Shown here: positions 41,126 through 54,068 of the stretch, one piece after another
Numbering within the stretch: position 1 is the first letter of the stretch
Layout: the number at the start of each line of letters is the position of its first letter
The notes under the pieces: model-generated
Told to the model about the DNA's origin: nothing
What the model saw: only the letters and a program-made list of their open reading frames with translations
Database searches by the model: none
Position numbers and translations under genes: made by a program
NCBI GenBank assembly: GCA_973895155.1
Contig: OZ316891.1
Span: 7,185,808-7,249,807 of the forward strand
Source of the DNA: Marsupella aquatica
Lineage: Eukaryota; Plantae; Marchantiophyta
DNA length: 64,000 nt
Direction: 5' to 3'

Positions 41126-44100
41126 ATGGATAGAGCACGCAATTCGTCCGACGCTGCTGTCGATATCGCACCTCTACTGAGCAATGGGAGTGCGAGTAGC
41201 AGTGATGACGGGAGGTCAGGGCCAGCTGCAAGTGGAATACGGAGAGGCTCAGGAAGGGTTCAGGGCGCGGCAAGGTATCTGCGTCGAGCAAGCAGTCGGA
41301 GGCTAATGAGAGAGCCGTCGATGCTCGTGAGAGAGTCGGCGGCCGAGCAGTTGGAGGAGCGGCAGAGCGATTGGGCATACTCGAGACCTGTAGTCGTTTT
41401 GGATCTGATTTGGAACTTGGCATTCGTGGTGGTGGCGTTCGTGGTCTTGGTTCTAAGTAAGGAAGAAAGACCTCGCACTCCCTTACGAGTTTGGGTTTTA
41501 GGATACGCTTTGCAGTGCATATTACACATGCTTTGTGTATGCTGCGAGTACAGGCGGCGCTGTCATGATCGGAACAATGCTACTCACGCTCCTAGCTCTT
41601 CACCAACTGCGTCTAGTGCACTGGACCCAGAAGCCGATGCCGGTACAGAATCTGATGAGGAAGAGGGGATTTCCGAACATGCCAGGTGAAGTTCGTTTGA
41701 CCGGTCGCTGCCTTTTCGTCCTTAATTTATCTCCATTCCAATCTCTCTTCTCCTTGGCTTCAACTTGTGAATCATAGAGTGCAATTCTTAGCGATGGCTC
41801 GTGCAATATGCTCTATGAACCTTCCATGACGTTGACCGAGTACTGCATGTGACCTAAAGCTTTGGTCACCCCCTTGGATAATTGGAAATACGCTCTGTTT
41901 CATCACCCTCTCTCATGCACAAAGGCTCGGTGGTCACTGGACTGTTTGGGGTTAAATTCGTTTTGTTTTTCAGCTGACCTCATTATGAATTGACGACCTA
42001 TTATGTGCCTCGTATTTCGTGGATGCGGCGCGTGGTCAATCACTTGTTTTTGCTAAAATTGCCAATCCCTCTGTTGGGCTGCTGAAAGGGGGACCTTTGC
42101 TTACACCAGTCTCATGTGTACAAACTTAGCTGAAGCCGTCTGTCCCTCGTTGCACTGCCGACTGGCTTGGTTTGCCTTCAATAGACGAGGTGTCTCTTCG
42201 TTATGACTCGTACTATATCATACCTACTCGGCGACCTTGGTCTTGTCATAGTTTTGTGGCATGCTCACCAGTCTTGAAAGGTTATTGTACTCTGTGTTAT
42301 CAACATTTTACCTCTGTTTCAGTAAGCGGAAGAGCCAATCATCGTAGTTTTGGCCGATCACACTCAGGCAGGTGTACTATCACACTCTGAAGCTTCATGA
42401 TCTATGAGTAAGTTTATGGTCTAGCCATTGGAATTGTCCTTTGCGTGCGCGTCGCATTCGGCTTGAGGATGATGTCGTTCCAGTGGTTGGTGTAGGGTCT
42501 TTTGCTTGACTGTCATCCTTGGCTTCCAGTTGGCTTCGCAGGTCCTGCTCTATGTCTTAAATACTTAATACGACTCCTGTAGACCAAGGTAGTTGGCATG
42601 GAAATGACAAGGCTACAGTAGTTATTTGGCACATGTCAGACCTTTAGTACTATGTAAGCTTAGATGGGCTTCGTCTTCCGGGGAGTATATCTCGCGAAAG
42701 ATTTCAGAATCGAGTATCCGGTATTAAGAGACTGGAAGGACTTCTATTGGCTACGAATGCCTTGCATTGACAGCTTCCTGAGCCAAAAACGAAACGACCA
42801 TTGTAACTTGTCAAAGCCAAGGACTCAAAAGGGAAAGAACAGGCTGTGGACCTGTGCAATCTTATTGTATGCCTTGTAAAGAGGAAAGGTCAAGGCAGCA
42901 AATTAACATGATTCTTTGAAGTATAATTTAAAGTTCTCTTATTCAAATAGTATGTTATCTGTTTTCGGATTGTGAAATTGAGACTCGCTCAATGCGAATT
43001 ATTTCTTAAAGATCAATTATATCAGTTCAGGGCCAAATCTCCCAGGTTAAATTGACAAGTACGGTTGTTCTTTTCTGCCTGATCTTGTCATCTGAGGGTT
43101 GTAGAACGTCCACGTACAATTTTCAAACTATGATTATCGCTCTTGTAGAGAGTGGGTCTCGGTGTCGCAGAGGTATCACTGACTGCAGTGGTACTATCTT
43201 TTGACACCGTGTTTGATGGTCGGACTTCAAGGAAATCAATGATTTCTTCCCCTTCCCTAGCGTTCAATCCATTAGCACCTTAACTTTGTTGGAATATAAA
43301 TAAAAATGCACGAGATCCTGGAGCATCTGACGCCATGATGGTAATGCAAATGTCGACCAGCTTGAAAAGCTACCGTGAGAACTGAGAAAACAAGTCGGAA
43401 GATTGTTTGATACTTATTGATGTAAACATTCGGTATGGTTCGAAGGCTTGGTCGAATGCATTCTCTTCTCGTTTAGGCTGTGTTCATAGCCAGTAAATGG
43501 TGTGAATTGCGTCAAGGCTGTAGCTAGCTTTCCTTTATCTGGGAGTGTCGTACACTTCAATTACGTGTCCTTCATTTGCAAGTTTGGAGGCGGATCCAAC
43601 TAATCCGCGATCTTACCTGTTGCAGTATGGCTAAGCGTTTGGAGTCTGCGAACACAATGTTTTCTTTTGTGTGGTGGATTATCGGATTTTATTGGATTAC
43701 AGCCGGTACCTCAGCGCTTCCACAGGATGCTCCACGACTCTACTGGTAAGACGCAAGGTTTTGTTGGGATCTGCTCAGATTGCTGTCATCTTTCCTTCCA
43801 CGATCGTGTTAAATCTATTTGATCTGACCAATTATTTTGCATTGCCATGTGACAGGTTATGTGTGGTGTTCTTAGCATTTGATGTGTTCTTCGTGGTCTT
43901 CTGTGTTGCACTGGCGTGTGTAATTGGCATCGCTGTCTGTTGTTGTTTACCTTGCATCATTGCCATCTTATATGCCGTGGCTGATCAGGTTAGTCCTCTG
44001 TGCCCTGCTTGTCTCTTCTCGTGTGTTGCAGAGGATGAATAATTTCACTCGGAATTACTTTCTTTATTGTGTCTAACATGGACTTGGGACCTTGCCAGGA

Positions 44101-44575
44101 GGGTGCCTCTGAAGAAGACATAAACTCTTTACCAAAGTACAAATTTCGACGCACAGGGGGACTTGACAAATCTGCTGGGGATAAGTCCCAAGGTGGAGTA
44201 ATGAGTTTGGTTGGCCCTTCAGACAATTCCATTGAGCGAGTCTTATCGGCAGAAGATGCAGTAAGTCATCATGGTTGTGGATTACATATATTTTACACGT
44301 TGCACATATGGAGAAGTTGTTTGTAATCTTAGGGAGCTGTTGGTTTTTGTTATGCATTTTCAATGACTGACTGGTGGATGCTGTTACAGGAATGCTGCAT
44401 TTGCCTTTCTGCCTATGACGATGGTGTAGAATTACGAGAGCTTCCTTGCACGCACCACTTCCATTGCACTTGTATTGATAAGTGGCTACGGATAAATGCG
44501 ACATGTCCATTGTGTAAGTACAATATCATTCACGGCGGTGGTAATGGCAACAGTTCAAGGAGAGACGAGGTATAA
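41126..44575 (+). CDS. Transmembrane RING-H2 E3 ubiquitin ligase (At1g12760/At1g63170/RIE1-like family), 5 exons, ~386 aa
   Basis: Exons 41126-41685, 43626-43745, 43856-43988, 44099-44260 and 44390-44575, GT-AG and in frame. Motifs [61 protein letters not shown] and [43 protein letters not shown]. Confidence 0.95.
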
Positions 44576-47038
44576 TGTTGCAGACAGCTCAACATGGATG
44601 ATGGCTTAACATTCCATTATAATATTATTGTGGAAGCGCTCCTCCTGTGCTTGGCTGGGTGCTCTAAAGTGTAGTTGTGGATTCAAATCATCAGTTTGAA
44701 ACACTGAGCAAATGGCTACAATGGGGATGAAACAGCATATGACTAGGTGAACGATTTTTAGGTTCTAGTAGATAGAATAGAAGTATATTAGTAGTTTCTG
44801 GGTATTTTGTATACTTTCCAACAAATAGGCTGTAATCTACATATGCTGCCTTACACTCAGGGTGAGGCATGCATTCCAATCATTATGACTCGGTCATCTT
44901 TTCTCCTGAGACACCTCAGTAATAGATCCATTTGTAATGCAACCTTTCAACGAGCCATCTCTCTCCAGGCGATAAACAGTCTGAGGGTACAAAATGTACA
45001 CCTGAAGTTGTCAATAACCGATTTCGCTCTTGCAAATGTAAAAGTAGCAGATTTGGTTTGAAAGCTAAAGAAGTAAAGCAGGATTCTGTACCGTCAAAGG
45101 AGAGTACTAATTGCAATACCTGAACTCCTTACATATGGTGCTCCTTTCTACGTCCAAAGGTTTCCATTCTTTATCTTACAAGTTGTTACCACCCTTACGT
45201 GTTGTGGAGTGTCTCGCTTCAGTGTCGAAGTTTGTGCCTTTACTTCTTGTCGTAGAGTAAACACAATCTAGAAGGAGGCGTGACTTGATCAGTAGACTTG
45301 AAGAAAATGTTGATGCTTAAAAGTAAATATCGTACAGATGCAACTCGGCTTTCTGGTACTTTATATAGGAGCTCGGAATTTTTTGTGTTGTTTTTCATTT
45401 AGCGCTTTCAAGTCTTAGTCAAGTCGAGGATGCCATTGACAAGTAGGAGATATGCGTTAAATGAGGAACATTCTGGTTGGTGTAGAGGACACACACCTAC
45501 AAGTGTTAGCTGATGATAATTCCGCAAGAGGTGGGTCAGTATTTACGTCGATTTGGGAGGATCTTGCTAAGGCTAGTCCCGGATTGTTTCAAATGGTCAA
45601 TGTTGAGTTCATTGCTTCAGTCGTTCAACCCTAAACTGGACGCTGCACGGGTTTAAGAAAAACAGTAGGTGGTGAACTCGAGTAAACTGTCGTCTGAACG
45701 ATTTCAGCAGCGTCCGACTGACCACAAATTTTGGCAATCTCACCTGCGATAATAGCCACCGGCCAAAATTTTTATTGTGTTCGGCCGGTCACAAATATCG
45801 TTAACAACCACTTGCAACGGGCATAACTCAGGATCCACTTGGTCGGCTCACACACCACCGCCTGAGAAAATCAGGCTTTTGGTGAATCATATCCACCAAA
45901 AGCCATGACATCTCTTCAATCGAAAGAAAGGTGAGTCATACTATTCAATGTTTTAGTAAACCACTAAAACGTTCAAGCGAGGGCCACGAAGCCATTATCG
46001 TTGAGATCTAATTATCTAGATCTGGTCCTGTTGCAGCAATACTCATGACATGCAATCAGCCAAATCTTCTGTGCAAAACCAATCGATGTCCAGAATACCC
46101 GAAACCGCCCCTGATGCTGAACCGTGTGTGGCGAGCTCCGAGGGAAAAAGACAGCTTCCCAAAAAGACGTCGGGTGCTCAAGAGAAGTTTATCCATCATC
46201 GAGTAGGAGTTCCTGCGAACAGTTATATAGTTCTTCCATTTTGTCAGACAACGATTCTCTGAGTATATTCGAGCCCAATCAGATTCTGGGTGATCCAGAG
46301 CTTCCGCAAAACCATGTGCTGAGTAGAGCATCTGAATGGCTTCTGAAGTCCTTGAGTCGGCCACCGTCTAGCTATGGCCTTGTCAATTTCGGCCACCCGC
46401 AACTGCCCCTGATGATGTCAATCGATGTCAAGGAAGCTGTGTGAAATTTACTTATTATTTCCTAATAAGTTTGGTGCAAGCTCATGAAATACTGCCTTAG
46501 AATCCTTGATATGCAAATTGGCAGGCCCTTGTCCTTTTTCCTGTGCACAATTCTCCTTCCCTGCTACACAATTGTACTCAAATGGCAATGAATTGACTTG
46601 TGAGTCTTCACAAAGAGGCAATGCGAGGACTGTACATCGTCTCCTAGCCCACCTGAACGCTCTCCCAATTTTTCGGACCCTCCCTCACTCCCCATCATTT
46701 CGTTGTCCTCTTCTTCAGGGTCGTCTGGAGGTTTTGAATGTCTCCAAGGTCGCGGCACAGTCTTCCCAACCTACATAATCATGCTTGGTCCTCAAATCTA
46801 CGGCCTACACAATCTGCACAATCGAGCCTCGAAAAAGCTCAAGCCGCAACTGAACATTTGGAATTTAGAGCGAAGGCTATTAATTAAGTCGAGTTGGGGG
46901 GAAAATGATGGGCCGAGGGGACGGAACTCGAAAAAAATTAGGGGGCAAAGTGGGATAAATGTAAACCGTCCTGAATTTTTTCCTTGGTATGTGTCTACAA
47001 GGTTTCCTTTGTATGTGTGTACAAGGTTATGAAAACAT

Positions 47039-47459
47039 TGTTGAACATAGACGACGATCGCAACGGCAAGCCCATGAACCATCCAACGCACAATAGTCGA
47101 CACAAGAGATACGTGGTTCACCTCCTTGAGGCTACGTCCACGGGAACACACAAGAGAGCTTTACTGAACTCTAAGCCCGTCGGCTATACCGAGTCTCCAC
47201 TGTGTAAGCTCTCCCTATCTCTCAAGTGGCTCCATAACAATGAGCCTTGGTTCTACCTCTCCAAGCACACATGCCTCTTATGATATAGTGTGCAACTTAG
47301 TTGTACCTAACCACATAGTTGTACCTAATCACGTAGTTGTACCTAACCACATAGTTGTACCTAATCACGTAGTTGTACCTAACCACGTAGTTGTACCAAC
47401 CCACGTTGTTGTACCAACCACGTCATACCTAACCTAGACGTAAGAGTAAATACCCAACA
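47039..47459 (-). repeat. 3' LTR (421 bp)
   Basis: Identical to 53115-53535 except 2 substitutions (tgttgaac/tgttgagc; ccactgtg/ccacagtg). Confidence 0.97.
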
Positions 47460-47470
47460 ATCTTCCCCTT
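47460..47470 (-). other. Polypurine tract
   Basis: Minus strand AAGGGGAAGAT directly precedes the 3' LTR. Confidence 0.85.
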
Positions 47471-47650
47471 GACTCTGGTCTAGGGGAGAGTAATACTGCC
47501 AATGTATATGATCCCTCAGCGGGAAGTTCTGGACAGAAACCAAACCGGTTTCCCTCTCTAACTAGAGCAAACCAGAACTAAGCCGTAGCCTAATACATAG
47601 GAATGAGGAAGAGCATATATCAGTAATTACAATGAATGTTTAAGAAAACT

Positions 47651-50600
47651 CTACTTGTGATGCAATTGCAAAACCTGCAATACGTCACGGTGTCTAGAGA
47701 AACTCTCCAAAGGAATCACTTTGGTAAATGCGTCAGCCGGGTTGAGTTTACCATCAATCTTGACTAGCTCAAACAAATTATCAGACACAGTCTGCCTGAT
47801 AAAATAGTACCTGACGTCAATGTGCTTCACTTTGCTGTCCATCACCTGGTTCACAGCAAGGTGGAGCGCACTTTGACTATCACAATGGAGCTTCACATTC
47901 CCCTGTGGCAATCCCATTTCAGTGATAAGTCTATCCAACCAAATCGCTTCCTTTGCTGCTTCCGCAGCTGCAACATACTCCGCTTCTGTAGTAGACTGAG
48001 CAATACACTTCTGCAAAGTAGACCTCCAACTTATGCATCCACCGCCAAGTGTGAACACGTATCCTGTTGTTGATCTCCTTCGGTCCAAATCTTGTCCATA
48101 GTCAGAATCTACATAGCCAATCAATGATCTAGCATTCTTTGCATTCGCATCAAATAAAAGACCATGATCCACGGTACCCTTCAAGTACCTGATAATCCAC
48201 TTCACTGCTTCCCAGTGTACCTTCCCTGGATTCGACATGTACCTGCTCACCTTGCCCATAGCCATGACAAGATCAGGTCTAGTGCAAGTCATCAAATACA
48301 TGAGACTCCCCACTGCCTTGTCATATGGAACCTTTGACATCAACCCCTTCTCTGTGTCATCCGTAGGACAGAACGCTGATGATAACTTGAAGTGTGGAGC
48401 CAACGGGGTACTTACTGGCTTGCTATTCTCCATGTTGAACCTTGCAATTACCTTCCTCGCATAACTGCTCTGCGTCAACCATAGCTTGCCAGCCTCCAAG
48501 TCCCTAGTGATCTTCATACCCAAAATCCTCTTAGCTGGCCCTAAGTCCTTCATCTTAAACTCTGCACTAAGCAGTGCCTTGAGCTTAACAATCTCAGACC
48601 TATCCTTGGCTGCAATTAGCATGTCATCCACATAAAGTACTAAAACAATGAACCCAAAGACAACATTCTTCACCGGTTTCAAATACACACAAGGGTCAAA
48701 TACACTTCTGTGAAAACCTTGTGACCGAATCCAATCGTCAAACCGCTTGTTCCACTGTCTTGGTGACTGCTTCAACCCATACAAGGATTTCAGCAATCTG
48801 CAAACCAATTCCTTCTGTCCTCTCTTCACAAAACCTAGCGGTTGTCTCATGAAGATCACCTCTTCCAATGTGCCATAGAGGAAAGCTGTGACAACATCCA
48901 TCTGATCTAGGAGCAGACCAAACATTACAACAAGTACACACAATAGTCGTATTGTAGAGTACTTAGCAACTGGTGAGAAGACCTCATTGTAATCCACACC
49001 TTTCTCTTGTGTGAATCCCTTTGCTACCAATCTAGCCTTGTAGACCTTCGATCCACCTCCTATGGAATTATCCTTCAGCTTGTAAATCCACTTGCTGTCC
49101 ACCACTTGCTGACCCTTAGGCAGCTTAACAAGCTCCCAAGTTTTGTTGTCCTTTAGTGACTGCATCTCCGTTTGCATTGCTGCAGTCCACTTCTGCTTCT
49201 CTTTTGAAGCACTTGCCTCATGAAATGAAGAAGGTTCTCCTTCTTCCAAAATTAACGCATCACCCTCATCATCAGCTGTAAAATCATCCTCTTGCAGTTG
49301 AGATGAATCAACCCACTGTCCATACCTTGATGGAGCGCGTACAGTGCGACCAGATGTTCTTCTAGCCGATGACTCCGGTTGATCTGCGTGTGCTGGTACA
49401 ATTTGAAGCTCAACAGCATCCACTTGTTGCTCACCAGCATCAACAAACTCCTCTGGTTCCTCTGGCACAGGAACCAGCTCCATAATTGGAGCAACTCCTT
49501 CTCTCCGGTCATGCACCTCATAACCAATCTCCCCCTCAACGAGATCCGGGATAGGAGATTTTCCTTTGTCAGTACGGGAGACCTGAGTATTCTCCCCCTC
49601 CTTCAATAATCTGGATTCATTGAAGGAAACATCCCTACTGACAACGAGCTTACAGGCAATAGGATCCCATAGCCTATAGGCTTTCACACCACTCTGGTAC
49701 CCAAGAAAAATACATTTCCTGGAGGTAGGATCCAACTTGGTCCTATTCTGCTTTGGTGTGAGAGCATATGCATCACTTCCAAAAATTACCAAGCCATGAT
49801 AGTCTGCTTGCCGCTTATAGCGCATCTCAAACGGCGTTTTGAAATTGATAGCACTAGAAGGAGAAAGATTTACCAAATAAGTTGCGGTATTGACAGCTTC
49901 TGCCCAAAATTCTTGTGGTAAACCTGATTGGCTCAACATACTCCGTGACCGCTCCAACAGTGTCCGATTGAGCCTCTCAGCGACACCATTCTGCTGCGGA
50001 GTATAAACTGTGGTGAGATGGCGAGTTATCCCCTGTTCTGAACAGTACTCTTCAAATTCCATTGAAGTGTACTCCCCGCCGTTGTCTGACCTCAGACTCT
50101 TCACCCTTGTATCCAAACACTTGATCGTGTTTCCAGTCTGATTCTCCACCTGGGCCTTCCACTTCTTAAAAATGGACAAGACATCAGACTTATGCGTCAT
50201 GAAATAAATCCACACAAATCTTGAGTAATCATCAATAAATGATACATAGTACAACTTTCCAGAGTGTGAGGGAGTCGGGGATGGACCCCACACGTCACTA
50301 TGTATGTACTCAAGAACCGCTTTGGAACGATGAGTTCCAACACCAAAAGCACGACGACGCTGCTTTCCAAGAATGCAATGCTCACAAAACTCTAATTTAC
50401 AAGATTGCAAATCAGAAATGAGTCCATTCTTCCGTAAGATAGCCAAACCCTTCTCACTCATGTGGCCTAGCCGTGAATGCCACAGTTGAGTCATCTCCTC
50501 GTGAGACTTGGTTACATTGGCCTCTCCACATACAGTATTGCCTTGTAACACATACAAATTCTTTTGTCTACTCCCCTTCAAAATCACTGTCTCTCCCGAC

Positions 50601-50828
50601 CTGACTTGAAGTTCACCATCAATAACGCTCCATTGATGACCATTTGAATCCAACACACCAAGTGAAATCAAATTCTTACGCATGCCAGGTACATACCTGA
50701 CTCCGGACACTGTGCGCACAGCGCCATCAAACATTTGAATCTTCACAGACCCAATTCCCTCAATTTGACAGGAGTGATCATTTCCCATCAGAACTGAACC
50801 GTTTGAAACAGAGTAAGAACTGAAAAAA
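47651..50828 (-). CDS. Copia Pol (protease C-terminal part, GAG-pre-integrase, integrase, RT, RNase H), open to the stop
   Basis: LWHSRLGHMS, CEHCILGK, HSDVWGP, LRSDNGGEY, QQNGVAER, KARLVAKG, QMDVVTAFL, YVDDML, TTEAEY and KHIDVRY. The protease motif WILDCACSFHIC lies just upstream, in the gag frame. Confidence 0.95.
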
Positions 50829-51959
50829 CTCACGAATGTAACAAATATGAAAAGAGCAAGCACAATCAAGAATCCACACATCATCTGCTCTCCTAGATGA
50901 CGTGCACAGGGCATACCCCCGGCTTCATAAAACATACTCATCATTGAGTAAATCAGCTTCTCCATCAGCCCTAGCCACATTTGCCGATGAAGTTTCCGCT
51001 GCCTTTCCCTTACAGTCTCGCTTGAAGTGTCCAACTTGGTTGCACTTCCAACATGTCACCTGCCTCCTCTGAGGGGATTTACCCTTGGACTTAGATCTGG
51101 ATTTAGATCTAAACTGGGTTCTACGGTCCCCAGTTGGTCGCTGCATACTCCTCCCACGGTTAACATTGAGGGCAGCACCAGATGATGAAGGCTATGACGT
51201 GATGTGCATCTTCTGCTGAAGATCATCACTAAGCAGAGAACTTACCACGTCATTGTATGAAATGGTATCCCTATCACGATGCAACAACACTCGTGATAGG
51301 GACTGGTAAGATGGAGGCAATGAACTAAGAAGCTGCAGAGCCTTCGTCTCATCATTCAAAGTCTCCCCAAGGTTTTCCAAGTCAACGACCATGTCGTTGA
51401 AAGAATCCACATGGTCTTGCAACTTCGTACCAGATTCCTTCATCCTGAAACTCATCAGTTTGTAGGAAGTGTAGAGCCGGTTCGACAACTCCTTGCGGTG
51501 ATACTTGCTCTGCAATTCCGCAAACAAGGACATGCAATCCTTATGTGCACCTAACTGCTTGATGATGGGAGGCATGAGATAGAGTGTAACACACCACACT
51601 CCCTGCTCCTGCATGCGGTCCCATTGTTTCTCATCAACATCGTCTTCACGAGGGCTCAGCAGTTGGCCCATCCCTGACGCATAAAGCACTCCCTTCACCT
51701 GCTTCTCCCATAGCAAGTAGTCAGAGCGCCCATCATACTTTGTCACTTCATACTTGGGTCCCCCAAGCTTGAAAGTCCCCATCTTCTTCTTTACCGTGAG
51801 CTCCGGTAGTAGTACTGCTTCCTCCACCACACGCCGCACCGGTGATGGTATCGGTGTCACGTGCTCTTCCTCCTGCTCCTCTCTCTGCCCCTGAAACCTC
51901 CGCGGTGATCCTCGTGCTTCAAGTTCCACGTCTTCGAAAAACTCCTCCGAATCACTCAT
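50829..51959 (-). pseudogene. Copia gag + zinc knuckle + protease start, interrupted by in-frame TAG (51192-51194) and TGA (50925-50927)
   Basis: A single frame reads the UBN2-type gag (KALQLLSSLPPSY), then *PSSSGAALNVTRGRS, CWKCNQVGHFKRDC and EYVL*SRGYALCTSSRRADDVWILDCACSFHIC. Confidence 0.9.
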
Positions 51960-53100
51960 ATGAGAAAGTCACAAAAAATGTTGTTTTTCACAACTTCTCA
52001 AAAAACTCGAAACTCAACACCGCCGCGTAGCCCACAAAGCTAGGAGTCCAATACTGAAAACCAAAATCAAAATTGAAATTTGACGGAAAAAGTTATTCAA
52101 ATTTCGGTCGAGGTGGGTAAAACCTTGGGAAACTCCCCCGTTTTGACCACCTCAGGGAATAACCGAAATACCAAGTACAACCCGTTGTCGGAATTGCGAT
52201 GTGATTGGTGCGCTGCATTGCCAACTTCAATGGCTACGACCTCGCCGAAAAATAACCAAAAAAGTTACCGTTCGGCGGATGAAATCTTTGTCGGACGGTC
52301 AAAAAATAGCTCTCTGGTTTTTTGGAATATTCTATGACCCTTGTACAGGCCCTGTGGGAATTTTGGAAGAACAATCGAGGGGCTGACATGTGTCCTCGAA
52401 CCCCCAAAACCCCCTACCACCCTTCGTCGTCGAAATCTGGTCGCGCGCGCAGAAAATACACACGGCAGAATGTACCCCTCGACACCAAACGCAAGATATC
52501 TCACTCGGGTTTTGACGAAATCAAGATCCGATTTCAGATTTGGAAACTAGACTCCGAGGCGATGAAGATCGATATAAGAAGCACCCAAAACGAGGAAAGA
52601 ACGAGGGAGAAAAAAATTGGTAAAGATGACAGATTTCTCTCAATTGCCATAGCCAATTTCGAATCAATTTTTCAAAGAGAAAAAAATGGTACCTTGTCAA
52701 CAACGAATGTTGATCAATTGCACTTGGTGCCGTCACCAAGTCCAACAAGGTAATTGATTTTGCTTAGCCTTCCTCTTTGCATCAAAGAGCCAATCCCGGA
52801 CTCAAAAACAATCGTCTTGCCTCAATCTCTCCGTTGAGTCAAAACACTTGACGCTTCTCCCTCCGAGTCGATTGCCAACTTTCTTCACAAAATCCAGAAC
52901 AACGAAAACTTAGATCTCTCTGCACCACGAGCTCCGTTCAACGATTTCTTCACACCGTTAGAAAGCTCTTGCCCTGATCTATCCGTTGAGCCCATAAACT
53001 CCAAGTTCCATGCGATGGAACTCTGGATAATCCACCAACACTCAACGCTGGAAAAACCGTCATGAAATCCCGTCACGAACACACGTCACCTCCCAAGCAT

Positions 53101-53112
53101 GCTCTGATACCA
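53101..53112 (-). other. Primer binding site for initiator tRNA-Met
   Basis: Minus strand TGGTATCAGAGC, 2 nt inside the 5' LTR boundary. Confidence 0.95.
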
Positions 53113-53114
53113 AT

Positions 53115-53535
53115 TGTTGAGCATAGACGACGATCGCAACGGCAAGCCCATGAACCATCCAACGCACAATAGTCGACACAAGAGATACGTGGTTCACCTC
53201 CTTGAGGCTACGTCCACGGGAACACACAAGAGAGCTTTACTGAACTCTAAGCCCGTCGGCTATACCGAGTCTCCACAGTGTAAGCTCTCCCTATCTCTCA
53301 AGTGGCTCCATAACAATGAGCCTTGGTTCTACCTCTCCAAGCACACATGCCTCTTATGATATAGTGTGCAACTTAGTTGTACCTAACCACATAGTTGTAC
53401 CTAATCACGTAGTTGTACCTAACCACATAGTTGTACCTAATCACGTAGTTGTACCTAACCACGTAGTTGTACCAACCCACGTTGTTGTACCAACCACGTC
53501 ATACCTAACCTAGACGTAAGAGTAAATACCCAACA
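53115..53535 (-). repeat. 5' LTR (421 bp) with a 7 x 18-bp tandem array in U3
   Basis: TG...CA ends; array tagttgtacctaa(c/t)cac(a/g) at 53374-53499, mirrored at 47298-47423. Confidence 0.97.
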
Positions 53536-53540
53536 AACAT

Positions 53541-54068
53541 TACCCCAGGTGAAGCCATTGAACCAGGCCAGCCTAACCTGGGGACTCTGAAATTTGTATG
53601 AGATGTCTGCATGGATGAGATTTTTATTGTGAAAAACTGAACTAAGTGCTTAAAAAAATTCACTCAGGCTTTAAGCTTGGTAACTTATATTTAATTGGGG
53701 ATAATGGCTGGCTGTACCCCCTCTTGGGGAGGGTTTACCTTACACTTAAACCCTTCCTGAAATTTTTCCTTTGTATATGTGCACAAGGTTATGAGGCATT
53801 ACCCCGGGTGAAGCCATGGAACCCTTGGGCCAACCTGGCCTGGGATTCTGAAATTTGAATGAGAAATAGAGCAAAGTGCAAGTGATTGAGAGTGAGGGAT
53901 GAGACTTTTCCTGTGTGAAACTGAACTGAATCATTTAAAAAATTCACTCAGGTTGTACGCTAGGTAACTCAATCCCATTGGGGATAATGGCAGTAGCCCC
54001 CTCGGGATCAGCGCCCTCTGGGATTACATCTCATTACCTCCTCTTGGGGATGGGTTACCCTACACGTA
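53541..54068. repeat. Diverged ~280-310-bp tandem duplication whose first copy is split by the copia insertion
   Basis: 46970-47038 joined to 53541-53750 aligns with 53755-54068 (caaggttatgaaaacat|taccccaggtgaagcc versus caaggttatgaggcattaccccgggtgaagcc; shared aattcactcagg, ttggggataatggc, ctcttgggga). Confidence 0.8.

Larger units (their letters stand above)
47039..53535 (-). mobile_element. Full-length Ty1/copia LTR retrotransposon (Tnt1/Tork-like), recently inserted
   Basis: TG...CA LTRs at 47039-47459 and 53115-53535; 5-bp TSD AACAT at 47034-47038 and 53536-53540; PBS, PPT and gag-PR-IN-RT-RH order. Confidence 0.98.

Noticed and set aside
45500-46780. Several 70-106-aa ORFs and a small hairpin (~45874-45904)
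   Set aside because: No recognisable motif or consistent exon structure in any frame; the hairpin is too short to call an ncRNA.
50829-51034. N-terminal ~68 residues of the 1127-aa ORF as real Pol sequence
   Set aside because: The zinc knuckle and protease motif are in the gag frame here; this extension starts at a non-ATG codon and is off-frame.
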